From Takakia lepidozioides (taxonomy: Eukaryota; Plantae; Bryophyta), in assembly GCA_030704615.1 (NCBI GenBank), contig CM060732.1:23498001-23562000 (forward strand): a DNA stretch of 64,000 nucleotides, read 5' to 3'. The position numbers and the translations under genes are program-made. Shown piece after piece: positions 24,987 to 39,660 of this stretch; within the stretch, counting starts at the first letter, position 1, and each line of letters opens with the position of its first letter. Below the pieces are notes generated by a model. That model was given only the letters and a program-made list of their open reading frames with translations, searched no databases and was not told where the DNA came from.

Positions 24987-25555
24987 TACGAGTAACATAT
25001 CTAAAGTGCACCTATTGTCATCATACTTTTAAGCAAAAGGAAAAGACAGTTGAGTGCAGCAGACAGTACTGCACTTCCTCGATGAAGCCACTGGGGACGA
25101 TCTTGTTCTGGTATTACATACATTTGATTTCTCAGCAGTCATCCAAGAGATTCTTGATAAGCATATAGATACACTGGAGGCACCTGCTGAAGGCATCAAC
25201 CTAACGAAGTCGATGAACAGTGACAAGGGGTTGTTATTTGATTGCACAGTTTGTCCATGGTGACAGCAACATACAGCTTTGACCGTTTTCAACAGAATGA
25301 GTATGCCACACCCCTCAATGGATGCAATAGCGAATGTTCCTGCGAAGGGAAATGTGATGTCATCTCCGCGTTTTAACAGGTGACAAGACAGAAAGGGGAA
25401 AAGAAATAGGACGAATAATACCCAATGTACTAAAGGGCCATACTCTACAGATGTTATGGTGGCCATCCTTCTTATGATAAGAGGGTAAGAATAGCAATTA
25501 ACATGGCCCCAGGTTCTAGGATGCCAAACCCTATATTCAATTATGGAGGTCAATT

Positions 25556-26912
25556 TTACAAAGAAGAAAGTTTGCTGTCTTGTGCCAAGGAATCTCCTTG
25601 CAGTGGTTGAGGGTTACCAGAAGGCCCATAAATGTCGTAACGGCGATGCTGCACATCATTAAAACTAAGTTAGAAAATCAAGAGTATCCAATGGCAACAA
25701 ATTTATCGAAGTATTGATCTTGTTTTCAAAGTGCTGTGTGGCCTGGTCGTCTGTAGAAGCTTCTGAACAAGGCATCAGGTTTGTTGAGAGACCACTTCCT
25801 CCTACCCTCCAGAAATTGAGCATTTGGACAAGTAGAACAGGTCATATGCTAAGGGGACTTACAAAAGCTCAAGTGAGGGAACAGTTGACAACTAGTAGAA
25901 ATTGAATCTGTCAGAGATACCAAAGGACTGCCCACCCTACCTGGCCAACCGGCATACGCACTCTGATCGAGTCCAACTGTGCGATATCAATCTCTGCTAC
26001 AGCAATCCCTGTGATCAGTTTATCTGCAGAGTAAACTCTCCTTTCAGCCCAGATTGCAAATGAAGAGGAATGCAGAGGATCTCTTGGTCTTGTTGGAGAG
26101 AGGGAGAACTGTACTCATTGAGCGTTCCCTGAAAGCAGCAGCAGTAGAATTGAACTGAACAGCCCAACAACTACTCATCTCAAAGTGAGTCAAGGAATCT
26201 CTACTAGCAGGGTATGGCCACACATGTTGTGCATAGGAGAAAAAAACCTGGTTAAATGGTAACATCAGAGAGAGAGGCGCACACACACACACCCGGCAAG
26301 CGGGCAATGACTGTGCCCCAGGGATCGATGATAACAGCGTCACCGAAGCTCTCTCTCTTGTCATTATGCTTGCCAGCTTGAGCAGCAGCTATGACCTACA
26401 ATACTTGCAAGTAAATGAAAATCACTGTCTAAGACTGCAAACTAGCCAGTGTTAATTAGTTAGGACACAATCAACCCATTTTTGCAAGGTGAATGCAACA
26501 ACACAATTACAAGATAGAAACTCTGCTTCAATGTAGTGACATACAGCAAGAATGTGCTCATGCCGTTCCTTGCAAATGTTAGCTTGCCATAGCCTTATGG
26601 CCATTGACCCCGCAGAAACTAACCCGCCCCCAGAGCCTTACATGGGGTTCGCACCCACCAGGGTTTATATAGCAGAAAGAATGTACTCATAAGACGTTGT
26701 TTGCCATAGCTTTGTGGCCTATATACAGCAGAAAGAATGTACTCATAAGACGTTGTTTGCCGTAGCCTTGTGGCCGTTGACCCACGCCCAGTTTGAGCAG
26801 AACACAAAGGGACAGAAACTAGCTTTGTCAGGGGCTGATGCCGGTAGTACGACTTACCTTGAAACATGCAATTGATCCGAGTTTTCCAGATATGCTCTAG
26901 AATATATACAGC

Positions 26913-26947
<35 letters not shown>

Positions 26948-29589
26948 TACTCATAAGACGTTGTTTGCCGCAGCCTTATGGCCATAAACTCCGCACCCAA
27001 TTTGGGTGGAACGAGAGAGAGAGATAGAGAGAGAGAGCCACAGAGACAGAGAGAGCTCACATAACATTGTGTCTCAATAGCACGAGCACGAAGAAGAACC
27101 TCCCAATGAGCCTCCCAGTAGTTTTGTAAGGCGGATGGTACTAGCAACACCTATCAAACATCCTCAGACCAATGATATCAGATATAAGCGTGCCTTACAA
27201 AAGAGAACAGAGGGACGGAGAGATGGCATCTGGGCATCTTCGCACTTATAATTGGATTGAACAGCATTGGAATGAAAATCCTACACCAGGTAAGCAGTAC
27301 ACTTCAACTGGGGTCTATGAGGTAGAACTGGATGCAACTGCAGATACATATTATTGTTGTCTTGACCCTTATATGCTTATATGCTTATGTGCTCTTTGGT
27401 GAGATACCTTGTTAATCCAAAACTTGATCAGTCTGTCCTGCCCCAAAGGCAGATGAGCAAACTCACATGGGCATTTTCAGCGAAACGTAATCGTTGGTAT
27501 ATCTCTGGAAAACGCAAGTCGTAGCAAACAGTCAGGCCCAACCGCCCAACAGGACTATCAGCCACCACAACCTCTGATCCTGTTGTCCACCATACCCAAA
27601 CCACACACCCCTCATTATTGAATCACCTCATCTCTAATTTAAGCAGGGTTCTTGAACAATGCATCAACAACTAGTTCCAGATGTCCATGAGGATATGTGT
27701 TCTGCCACGGTTGCTGGAGCACAAAGCCCCCAGTTTTCACTAAGGGAGGAAAGAGTACACCATACCAGGGGCGGTGGTATTACTCTCCTTCAACACTGGA
27801 CCTCCTGGCACATCCACGTCGAACCTGCCCACCCATGCACTTTCCTCGTTAAACCCTCTAGAATGTTGACTTCAAAACATGAAGCCAAAGTTTGACCATT
27901 CACATTTGTGTTGCTCTACACACACATAAATCAACCTCCGGAGTATTAGTCAACTTCCTGGTTCATCTGATTCAAGAAACCTCCTATAGAGTTCCAACCA
28001 TGATTCGCTTGAAATTTCTCATACAACATCTAACAATTTTCTTGAGACAGCAAAGCAGAACAAAGTACCACAAAGTATAACCTCTCGCTACCATCATTCC
28101 TCTCTTTTCTATCCTCTGCTAGCCTGACCTTCATGATATTCTGAGATAGTCTCAGTAGCCTTCACCGCTTCCACTATAGAATGTGGTTTCTATTAGTCGT
28201 GAAGGAGAAAATGTGTGTGGGCTGTGTGTGAGCAAGTGTGAGAGAAGGACAAAGAGCCATGTAGTTTTCTGGGTAATACTTTTTCCTCCTTTTTAGTAGC
28301 AAGAAACAAAGAGAGAGAGAGAGGAAGGGTACAAGTGAATTTTTCGATAGGAACTGCGAATTTTGCCAGTATCGTCTAGGAGCACATGTGTGTTATACAG
28401 GTGCTTGTCGTCAGGACCTTTTTCTTGAAAACCCCCCAACGAAAGCCATAACCCTGCCTCCCTGTCCAAAGTTTCCACAGTGAGATAGAGATAGTCGCAA
28501 GACATGAACCTCTAAGCAAACACAAGACTAGAAGAAAAATCTGTCAAGTAGATGCTGCCAAGACAAGGCCCTAAGTAAAACTGCAAGTAACGATGTCTTT
28601 GTATTTTTGTGAGAGCTAGAAAGAATGAGGAAAGCCAATCTCTTCAAAGAGGTATGTGCCTGGCAAGAGACTGATAGCACTGCATAATTGGTCCTGTCAA
28701 TGGCTCTGCAATTCCCAACGCGTCCCCCTCCCTTGAACCAATGAATGAGAAGCACTCAGGCAGGCTTAGCAACTTCACCCCTGCCGCTGCTGCCTCCTGG
28801 AGCACCCCGGAAGAATAATTCAATCACCCTATAGTCATGCTGGTAGATTCACATTGTGAAAGAAAAAGTTGAAAACAATGCAGTCTCTTTCTCCCTTTTC
28901 AATTGTTCGCCGTTTGCCCCAAGAAGACCATGCTTGCTATCAGTTTCTGATACCTGGAATTTGACTGACTGTATTGGTCGATGGTATGGCTGCACCCGTT
29001 TGAGTCTTTTCAATCCCCCTTTGCTTGACTCAGATAGTTCATCTACGAAAATGCAATCAGACTCCAACTATACTAGTCTCCGTATCTCAATCGTTATTAG
29101 TCCAGCTCACTTACTGAGAAGCGTTTCGTACGCAGACAATTCGGAGGATGGGAGACGTCACGACATCAACAAAAAGGGAGACCAGGTGAGGAATGAAATT
29201 GCGAGGTAAATTTTTTCATCTTGGGGAACGATTGGAATTCGAAAACATTCAAGCTCTCTCTCTCTCTCTCTCTCTCTACTTCTCACCCTTCGATCTCTCT
29301 CCCAAGTGATCGCACACAGGTTCTGAATGCTCAAACAGACAATCTCGAAACAAGAGCCACCTCATCCCACATCTTGACAAATCCATGATCATAAGAAAGC
29401 AGTTCACCAGACCTTGACCAGATGGGTACAAGTTATGAAATTAGCATCGGTACTTGACACAGCAGTCATCTGCGCCACCGCCACCTTCACCCGCGGCGCC
29501 ATGGACGCCATTGCCTTCACTCCCGCTGCTGGTGAAGCTCCCTGGCTACGGCGGACCAAAGCCTGGCCAACAGACAGCAATCCCATCAT
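25556..29589 (-). CDS. NLP2: Nitrilase-like protein 2 / deaminated glutathione amidase (Nit1), organelle-targeted, 9 exons
   Basis: Exons translate to 'VAVAQMT', 'LSLPECFSFIG', 'YNTHVL..G.IRSSYRKIHLFDVDVPGG', 'GLTVCYDLRFPE', '[25 protein letters not shown]', 'IIDPWG'; E-K-C catalytic triad present. Confidence 0.92.
26580..27000. repeat. Intronic imperfect direct repeats (about 45-57 bp, 3-4 copies) with (GA)n tracts
   Basis: 'AGAATGTACTCATAAGACGTTGTTTGCC.YAGCYTTRTGGCC' at about 26677, 26734 and 26942. Confidence 0.8.
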
Positions 29590-30215
29590 TCCCCTCTCTG
29601 CACGAGACAAGATGCTTCTGTACCCAAGTCAGGACACTAAATAACTCACTAAACACAATCTACCTCACTAATGAGCAACACTAAGCAATCTACCTTCGCT
29701 CAATCAAGCGAGGAATGTGTTCTGCAGTGCTGCCTGCCTTCTTCAGCGAGTTGGATAGTATCTCTCAACTTTGTCCAAGCCCAAAGATTAGTTGTCTCTA
29801 TGATTGAATGCATGCAGTTCAATATGCAAGGATGGTTTAACTTTGAAGAGGGAATCTAGACAGTATGATAGCAGGTCTGTTGCAGTTCCACTTGATTGTT
29901 CTGCTGTCTACATTAGTGCCCAGCTTCGGCGTGTTGAGGATCATGTGCAATCTTTTTACAGCTCTAATCTTCTCCACTTTCTTCTCCAAAAGGAGGGTGT
30001 GGAATTTTCAAACGACCAGGAATTATGACAAGTTGTGGGTTTATGAGGAGGGTTTGCCATATCTTCATAGCCATTCACCTTTGCCAACCAATTTGTATGA
30101 GAAGGGGGAGGACAACAGATTGTGTGACCAGATTGTGTGACCAGAGAGGAAGACAGGCACACTCCAAATAACAACAGGGACTGAGAAACCAATCACAGAA
30201 GGAAAACCAGGCACA

Positions 30216-32122
30216 TTAAATTGAAATTCCCCGCCTTGTGAAGTGATACACCACAACACCAGTGCGGGAATTCTGGGTAGGAGCATGGCGGTGCACAACA
30301 TGCACATTGAAGTACTTTGAAGCCATACGGAAAAAGTGCGCATCTTTCTTCCATCTTCGCAAGTGAGCCAACAAGACAACGGGGCCTAATGAGGGATCCA
30401 CTGGCGGCAAACAGCTCTCCTCTTTTTGACTTTCTGTTTTCCACCCATGACTCCTAAACCTCAGGCTTTCAGTGCGTGGATTCTCACTGGTTGACACTCC
30501 ATTTGCTGAAGTGCTTACCTTCCCACTGACAATGCCACTAACCTGGGCTTCAGTTTGGCCTGAAAAACTGTGGGGAACTCTCTGCGAATGTTTGGCTGGA
30601 GTTTTGGGGATGTTCACTGTCTCTCTGCCCCAAACAAGCCACTTCAAAGTTTTGAGAAGAGGCTCAAACAAAGTGTCATAATATACAACATCAGATGCAA
30701 TAATCAGATCAAAGGGGTCCCCCACGGTTGGGATGTCTTCTTCCACACCCCATCTCACAGGTTGCACATCAAGACTACCTCCTGCAGCCCTCACTGACGA
30801 GAGATTCAGCTGAATATTGTGCTCCAAATTTGAAATTACATGTGGCAAGTCAGTCAACACCACCTGTCCATACCACTGTGTCCAAATTAGTGGCTGAGAG
30901 GTGATAAGAGACAAATAAGACCTGCCAAGATGTTCTGCTGATTGTCAGCAAAAATACAAATTTGCAATTTCTACAATGGAAGTGGTATGATCCAGGCAGC
31001 ACCTCAACTGGTACTCTTACATCCAGCCAGTAACTGCAAACATGCCAAAAATTGCACGCACATGCCTACTACTTGGTCATAGTCGAAAGCTACTTGACCC
31101 TGGCAGCTGCTTGAGAGACCCGAGAGGTTGTCAACTGCTTTGCCCAGGTAACCAGCAGACACATTCTGTTCTCAGTGAGGTTATAGGTCCATGCATCTGC
31201 CGGAAGAGAAGCTTTATTACGTCCTGGGAGCCAAGAGGCCATTGGACATAATTGGACCACTGAAACCAGAGAGAGAGAGAGGAAGTTGCAATGCACAAAC
31301 AGAAAAAATTATTGAACATTTCACACGATTTTGCACACAGTACCCCCTAAGGAGCTCAAATTTTGAGCATCCCTACTTAAAGTAGATGCACTCTGAGAGC
31401 TGCTGGCCTGGGGCACATGATTTCCTCAAAAGGAGTCAACATCCACTGCAAAGAACCCAATGCAGTCAGAGGTCACGAACCCACCAAGCCCCGGTAATTA
31501 GGTCAGCGTTCAGCCATAGTTGAAACATTTCTCTCTAACCAGACTATAGTCAAACCATGAAACACGAACTGTGATCAGACCACACAGCATACCAACCAAC
31601 TATGATCATATTAGAGTATTCAAGCCTAGTTAATCTTGTCACAGATCTAATAATACTCACTTGAGCTCCAAGGCGTGCTGCAAGCACTCCAACCATCCCC
31701 GTCCCTGCGCCGAGCTCCAGCACTCGCATTCTTCGATCGCTGCTCCCCACTGTTCCTTTCGAGGGTAGAAGGGAATCGCACTCATCTACCGACTGAGAGG
31801 AGCGAACCCACATTCCAGTCGTTCCATACTGCTCTTCCAGATACCAGCAAAGGGCAGATGCCGCAGGCCATAGCTGAAATGAAAGCCCCTTCGCCGGGAG
31901 CTGATGTACCAGGATGGAGGCCTGGCCACCACCAGATTTCCGCAGCGTATACCCAACTTCTGTCAGCACCTGCACTGCATGTTGATCCTCGACCCCACAG
32001 CCTTCACCTCTCTCAGGCCCCTCCAACAAACCACCCCCCCGATCACCGAACTCTCTCCCACACCCTTCCACTGGCAACACCTCCTCTGCACTCTTGTCAT
32101 TGTCCCCACTGCAACCCTCCAT
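30216..32122 (-). CDS. Seven-beta-strand protein lysine methyltransferase, METTL21/Methyltransf_16 family (2 exons: 32122-31661, 30863-30216)
   Basis: 'GLSFQLWPAA', 'RVLELGAGTG', 'VVLTDLP', 'DLIIASDVVY', 'HLRRWKKD..FF'; phase-0 GT-AG intron. Confidence 0.9.
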
Positions 32123-33779
32123 TTGATCTCAGTCTCAAAGCAAACGATCCATCACTGGTTGGATCTAGTCATACCCTCAAGCTTCTCAGCTCTGAGTCCT
32201 CCCGGAAGTAACCACACAAACGTCATCTTGTTCAAATTTTCAACATTCTTCGAGTACCAGTGCAATAACCAAAATCATCCCCAATATCTTTGTTGCAGAG
32301 CAGGTCCATGCTTTGCATGGGTTCATTGTAGATCCTTCACAATTGTTGAGCTGAGAAGACCTTTCCTACAATCTTCAACTCTGGGGAAAGTGATTCATAA
32401 TGAACAGCCATATTCTACTACAAGACCCTGTAGTGCATGGCATCTTCAATTTTGTAGGGGCACAATCATCGTTCTCATATGACGGACAAGTTTTCAAGAC
32501 TCTCACAGCAGAAAAAATGGGCAGGCGGCCATGTCGTAATCTATCCCTGAGAACCCATGCCACTGCCATTTAGTAGCATTCAAAACTCTGTCAATCTGAA
32601 CAGGCTTGCTGTGAAGATACACACATTTCAATTCATGTAACTCAACCCCAGTGAAGTGTTTCTGCAAATTTGAAGACTTCCTAGCATACAAATCAAAGCA
32701 CATGATGATTGGACACATTTGCAACTACGAGGCTTGACACAAGTGGTGGATGGAGGACAACCCTCTGTCTTGTTCCAATCAGAATACAGCAATTACAGTT
32801 TTAGGCCAAAGAGAGGCCACACTTGACACCGAAGTGCACATCAATTTAGAAGTAATACTGTACTAAGGAGGCGCCAACTAATCCTCGAGTTCATAGCCAA
32901 ATGACCACTTAGGCAATTTGACACCTCTTCACAGACAAGTTTTCTTTATACCTTCCTCCGGATGTTGCTCAACGACTGGCAACCTGCAAGTTTCAATTAC
33001 CCTCCTCGCATGTTGACCTAAAAATTGTTGTGGATCAACATAAGGCACACGTCCCTCCGGATAGATAAAGAGTAAAGCTGTGTAACTTCCCCTACCTCTC
33101 CCTAACATCTACATGGTCAACGTCATGTCCACTTTACAAGGTGGTAAACTACTTGTTCCAGAAAGTGGAAAATTGATTGACCGTCTTGCCACCAATAGAA
33201 TGCCATTGCACTGATTGCGTTCTTGGATGACGTTTAGCGCTGGCTGCCCCACATAAGGACCCGGGACAATAGTAAAAGCTCAACTGCATGACTCAAACAG
33301 ATGACTTTGGGTGTAATGACAGCAGCATAGATCCTTAGCACAAGACCCCACTTCACAGTGGAGCTTACAAAGCAGACAGCATTCAACTTAAGCTCCCAAG
33401 GCTGTCATGAAAGCACACTGCATTGGCATACTCCAGCTCATGAGAAGAACCAGATCACAGTGGCTCCCCAATGCGGAGCTGCAGATAGCCGCCCATGAGC
33501 TTGTCTTAAACCATCCCTTGGCCAATCCCAGATGGCTCTGGCAATTTTGAGCCAAACTGCAAAGCAGCGTTGTGGCCCATCAGTAACTTCCACTACCACT
33601 ACGTACCATGTACATCCACTATAACTCTATTCTAACTTTATGATTACTCTCTTTTCCACTGCTGTGAGATCACAAATATCTTTGACTCACTGACTTATGA
33701 ACACTCAATACTGAGGGAGAAAAGGAAAAGACGAGATCTGTCAGTGAGAATGTACTAACATAGAAAAAGCGAAAGAGGA

Positions 33780-35813
<2,034 letters not shown>

Positions 35814-37864
35814 CTAGGTCTCCCGGAGCTTTCACGACACAAAGCCTTCCCTCCCTCCCAGCCTAATCACACTTAACTACTGCTTATCCAATGCTAATCA
35901 GACCCCACAGACCCAAATACGGTCTCAGCTTTTTACAAAAAAAGGCTCTCTCTTTTTGCACCGGGAGTCGTGTCCAGCATTGAACTGAGAATGAGAATGT
36001 ATGAGAAATGAAGCCGGGCACTTCTTTGAAGCTACTTATAGTGATTGGTTCGTCCAGGCCATTCTCTGAGAACTTGGTAACCTGTTGGATGAGCACAATT
36101 TCCTTCGACAGTCACTCACTGTTACTATTTCTGTTTCGGATTGTAAGATCGTGCTGCAGTGCGTAAGGGAACTACGACATCAATGAGGGGAGCAGGTCTC
36201 GCTACTATCGGGAGCCTTCTGCAAGACCCCCTTCTGCCCGTCTGAACCCTTCCCCCTTTTCTGGCCTTGAGGTATAGTCTGTGGTAGCAAGGAAGTCTAG
36301 GGCAAGCAAAGGTCTAATAGTTACATCCGTCTCTTTTTGCTTTCTTTTCCAAAGTCTTGAGAGGTGAGAGCAAGACCCCAGATCAAACAGTATTGGACAC
36401 CCTCTTCACGGAACACTTTTCAGCAGAACTGAGAAAGGCCACGAGGGCAAGAAGCCACAAGGCAGGCCAACAGATTACAATAGAAGCTTGAAGCTTGGCA
36501 AGGCTTATATATGAACCTGGAGGCACCTCCAGAATCAAGAGTCTGAACATGCCGGCACAACAGGGGAAGTCTCCGACTAGCAAGAAGTGTCATGATCCCA
36601 GAAAGGTGGCAGATTCTCTCTTTGCTTTGAGCACCAAAGGTGTGTTGAAGCAGGCCACCAAAAATCCATTGGAACCCAGAATGGTTCCCACAAGAGATTC
36701 TTAACCTGCCTTCTGGGTTCAGGAGCCTCAAGGATCCTGTCTCCTCTGCTCCCCTCTCTCCCTGTATCTCTCTCATCTCGGACCAATGGGATTTGTGCTT
36801 CGCAAGGCTGTCGCCAGCAATGTCTGATGAGTGTTTCCTGTCCTCATGCACATTGACAAATACAAACTACTACATATGTGGTTCTATATTTGCATAGGGA
36901 TTTACATATCCAGGTACAATGCACACACATGTACTGAACTTAAGGGGCATGCTGTCTATTGGGCAGGTTTTTCTAGCAAATCAGGAGAACTTCACAAAAA
37001 TGCAAGGCATACTGGAAGGTAGTGACAGAACTGATTCCCAATGAATTGCCAGCATCACTAGAGGTGAAGGGCCGTGGCAAAGATAAGGACAAGAAAATTG
37101 GCATGGTGGCCAACAAGGGTCCCAAGCCTGGGAAGCCTACTGATTTAGGCCGCAGGCGGCAGGTCCTTCTGAAGCTGAAGCATAATCCTCCGGCCCACAT
37201 GAAAAATGGGTGAAGATAAAGATCCAGCGAGACGGTGGCCCTGTTTTCCTACCAGAGTCAAGCTACTGACTCAGGGCCTTCTATGCAAGATAACTTTGTG
37301 GGCAAACTCACTCTTCAATCATGCTTCGTCCTCTGCACTGGTCTGAATACTATCCACTCTTAAGTAGAAGTTTAGTTAGACAAGTGATCCAGACCAGTGA
37401 CCATTGTCCACAATCATACAACAGGGAGTGACTGGGGAAAGAAAACTCAGTCCATGACAATGCTTGATTTATTCAAATGAAATGGCTGACATACAAGATA
37501 AAAGAAAACTTCCAATGTTTCAGCTAGCTACTCTTCTGTGACTAGGCAATCTTGCAGCCTTGCATAAGCTTTGATTACCTAGCTACTCTTCCATCACTTT
37601 TCTAGCATCACCAAAAATGTTGACGCGACCTTCATTTGAAACCAAATCAAGAATTCGATGCCATTAGTAAGAACCCATAAGAAAAGGAAGGTACATCTGG
37701 TATTAGAAACAAGGGCATGGACCAAACAACTCCACCTAGAGGCAAAAATGGTAGAATTGTTGGATTCTGTGTCCGCCCCAATTGTGAGGAATCAAATTGT
37801 ATCTTGCAACCAAAAATCAGACCAAGGTCTGATATGCAATCCATCCTAGTCCTTCTACTGGAAA

Positions 37865-39660
37865 TCATGGATAACCATGACCACTTGCCCATGCAATAGT
37901 TTCTAAGAGAGGAGAATGGTATGGAGATTTAGCAACGCAATAAACCCCATTACCATAACCAGTACTTGCACATGTCACAGCTCGTGGAGAAGGCCCACCA
38001 AGAAATCCTAGACCGCCGCCACCGGGAAACAAACCAGGATCACCTCCTGCACCGCGCTGGGTCCAAAAGGTCCAAAACTTCCAAACGGAGGAGGATAGAA
38101 TGGAGGTTTAGCATCGAAGTACTTGAGATTACCATACCCGCTTGCCCATGCCACAGCTTCGGGAGGAGGTGGAGGAGGCCCACCGGGGAATCCCGGAGGT
38201 CCGTCGCCGCCGGGAAACGAGCCGGGATCACCAGGTCCGAACGGTCCAAAAGGAAACGGAGGAGGACGGTCTCGACGTTTAGCCTCGAAGTACTTGAGAT
38301 TACCATACGCGCTTGCCCATGCTATTGCTTCAGGAGGAGGAGGAGGAGGCCCACCGGGGAATCCCGGAGGTCCGTCGCCGCCCGGAAAGGAGCCGGGATC
38401 ACCAGGTCCGAACGGTCCAAAAGGAAATGGAGGAGGACGGTCTCGACGTTTAGCCTCGAAGTACTTGAGATTACCATACCCGCTTGCCCATGCCACAGCT
38501 TCGGGAGGAGGTGGAGGAGGCCCACCGGGGAATCCCGGAGGTCCGTCGCCGCCGGGAAACGAGCCGGGATCACCAGGTCCGAACGGTCCAAAAGGAAACG
38601 GAGGAGGACGGTCTCGACGTTTAGCCTCGAAGTACTTGAGATTACCATACGCGCTTGCCCATGCTATTGCTTCAGGAGGAGGAGGAGGAGGCCCACCGGG
38701 GAATCCCGGAGGTCCGTCGCCGCCCGGAAAGGAGCCGGGATCACCAGGTCCGAACGGTCCAAAAGGAAACGGAGGAGGACGGTCTCGACGTTTAGCCTCG
38801 AAGTACTTGAGATTACCATACCCGCTTGCCCATGCCACAGCTTCGGGAGGAGGAGGAGGCCCACCGGGGAATCCCGGAGGTCCGTCGCCACCGGGAAAGG
38901 AGCCGGGATCACCAGGTCCGAACGGTCCAAAACCAGGAAACGGAGGAGGACGGTCTGGACTTTTGGCATCGAAGTACTTGAGATTACCATAGCCGCTTGC
39001 CCATGCCACAGCTTCGGGAGGAGGCCCACCGGGAAATCCTAGACCCCCACCACTGGGAAACAAACCGGGATCATCTCCTCCACCACCGGGTCTGAATGGT
39101 CCAAAAATTCCGAAAGGAGGAGGATGGCCTGGATATTTTTCACCATTATTGAGATTGTTGTCTCTAGATGGTTCCATTGTAGGACCTTGCTTGCGTCCTT
39201 CGATATCATCTCCATTTGAAAGGTTGGCTCCCACATGAGGATGCAGAGCCACATCCACTTCTCCACCTCCATTAGGAATACCTTCATCGCTTGGATTTCT
39301 ACTATGAGAACCATGACCATTGGGTCCTGGAGGACTTCCTAGGGATCCAAGATTGTGACCAACATAAGGCCCAAAACTACTCAAAGGACTAGGATCACTA
39401 GGTTTGTTGTTGAGGTCCAAACTACCTAGCACTACACCCTCGGAATCATGCTTGTTCCCATCAGTACCTACACTTTCACTCTCCAAATCGGAAGCTGGAC
39501 GAGCTTTACTATCAACAATACCAGCTTTACCATCAACAATACCAGCTCTACTATTATCGTATTGAAAGAGGTGACGCTTCCCATTAGCTTGCACACTCCC
39601 TACAAAGAAAATCACAAACAAGAGGGAAGGCACCATACTAATCCGTTGCACAGTCTTCAT
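37865..39660 (-). CDS. Secreted Gly/Pro-rich tandem-repeat protein, putative multi-core peptide precursor (as-read stop 38008; frame-corrected stop 37865)
   Basis: Signal-peptide-like N-terminus MKTVQRISMVPSLLFVIFFVGSVQA|NGKRHL; acidic pro-region; six approximately 57-aa repeats. A frameshift near 38055 hides two further degenerate cores. Confidence 0.8.
38060..39015 (-). repeat. Coding minisatellite, 171-bp unit x about 6, with 342-bp higher-order period
   Basis: Alternating AVAWASGYG / AIAWASAYG variants; identical sequence recurs at 342-bp spacing. Confidence 0.95.

Noticed and set aside
26580-27000. CRISPR-like repeat-spacer pattern
   Set aside because: Lies in a spliceosomal intron, has irregular spacing with related spacers and no cas genes; it is a local duplication.
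36383-37213. Short ORFs divergent from DDX41
   Set aside because: No recognisable domain or consistent splice model.
37937-37957. Horizontally acquired class IIa bacteriocin (YGNGVYC)
   Set aside because: No downstream xxxxC, amphipathic helix or double-Gly leader, and the motif derives readily from the local GYGNLKYF repeat.
37966-39042. 358-aa Arg-rich and 289-aa Gly/Pro-rich plus-strand ORFs
   Set aside because: Antisense shadows of a stop-poor tandem repeat; they lack a credible start, whereas the minus strand has a signal peptide and unique pro-region.
39330-39420. CEP/PIP-like motifs (FGPYVGH, PPGPNGHGSH) in the precursor pro-region
   Set aside because: Only partial resemblance in a Gly/Pro-rich context; does not fit the CEP or SGPS consensus.
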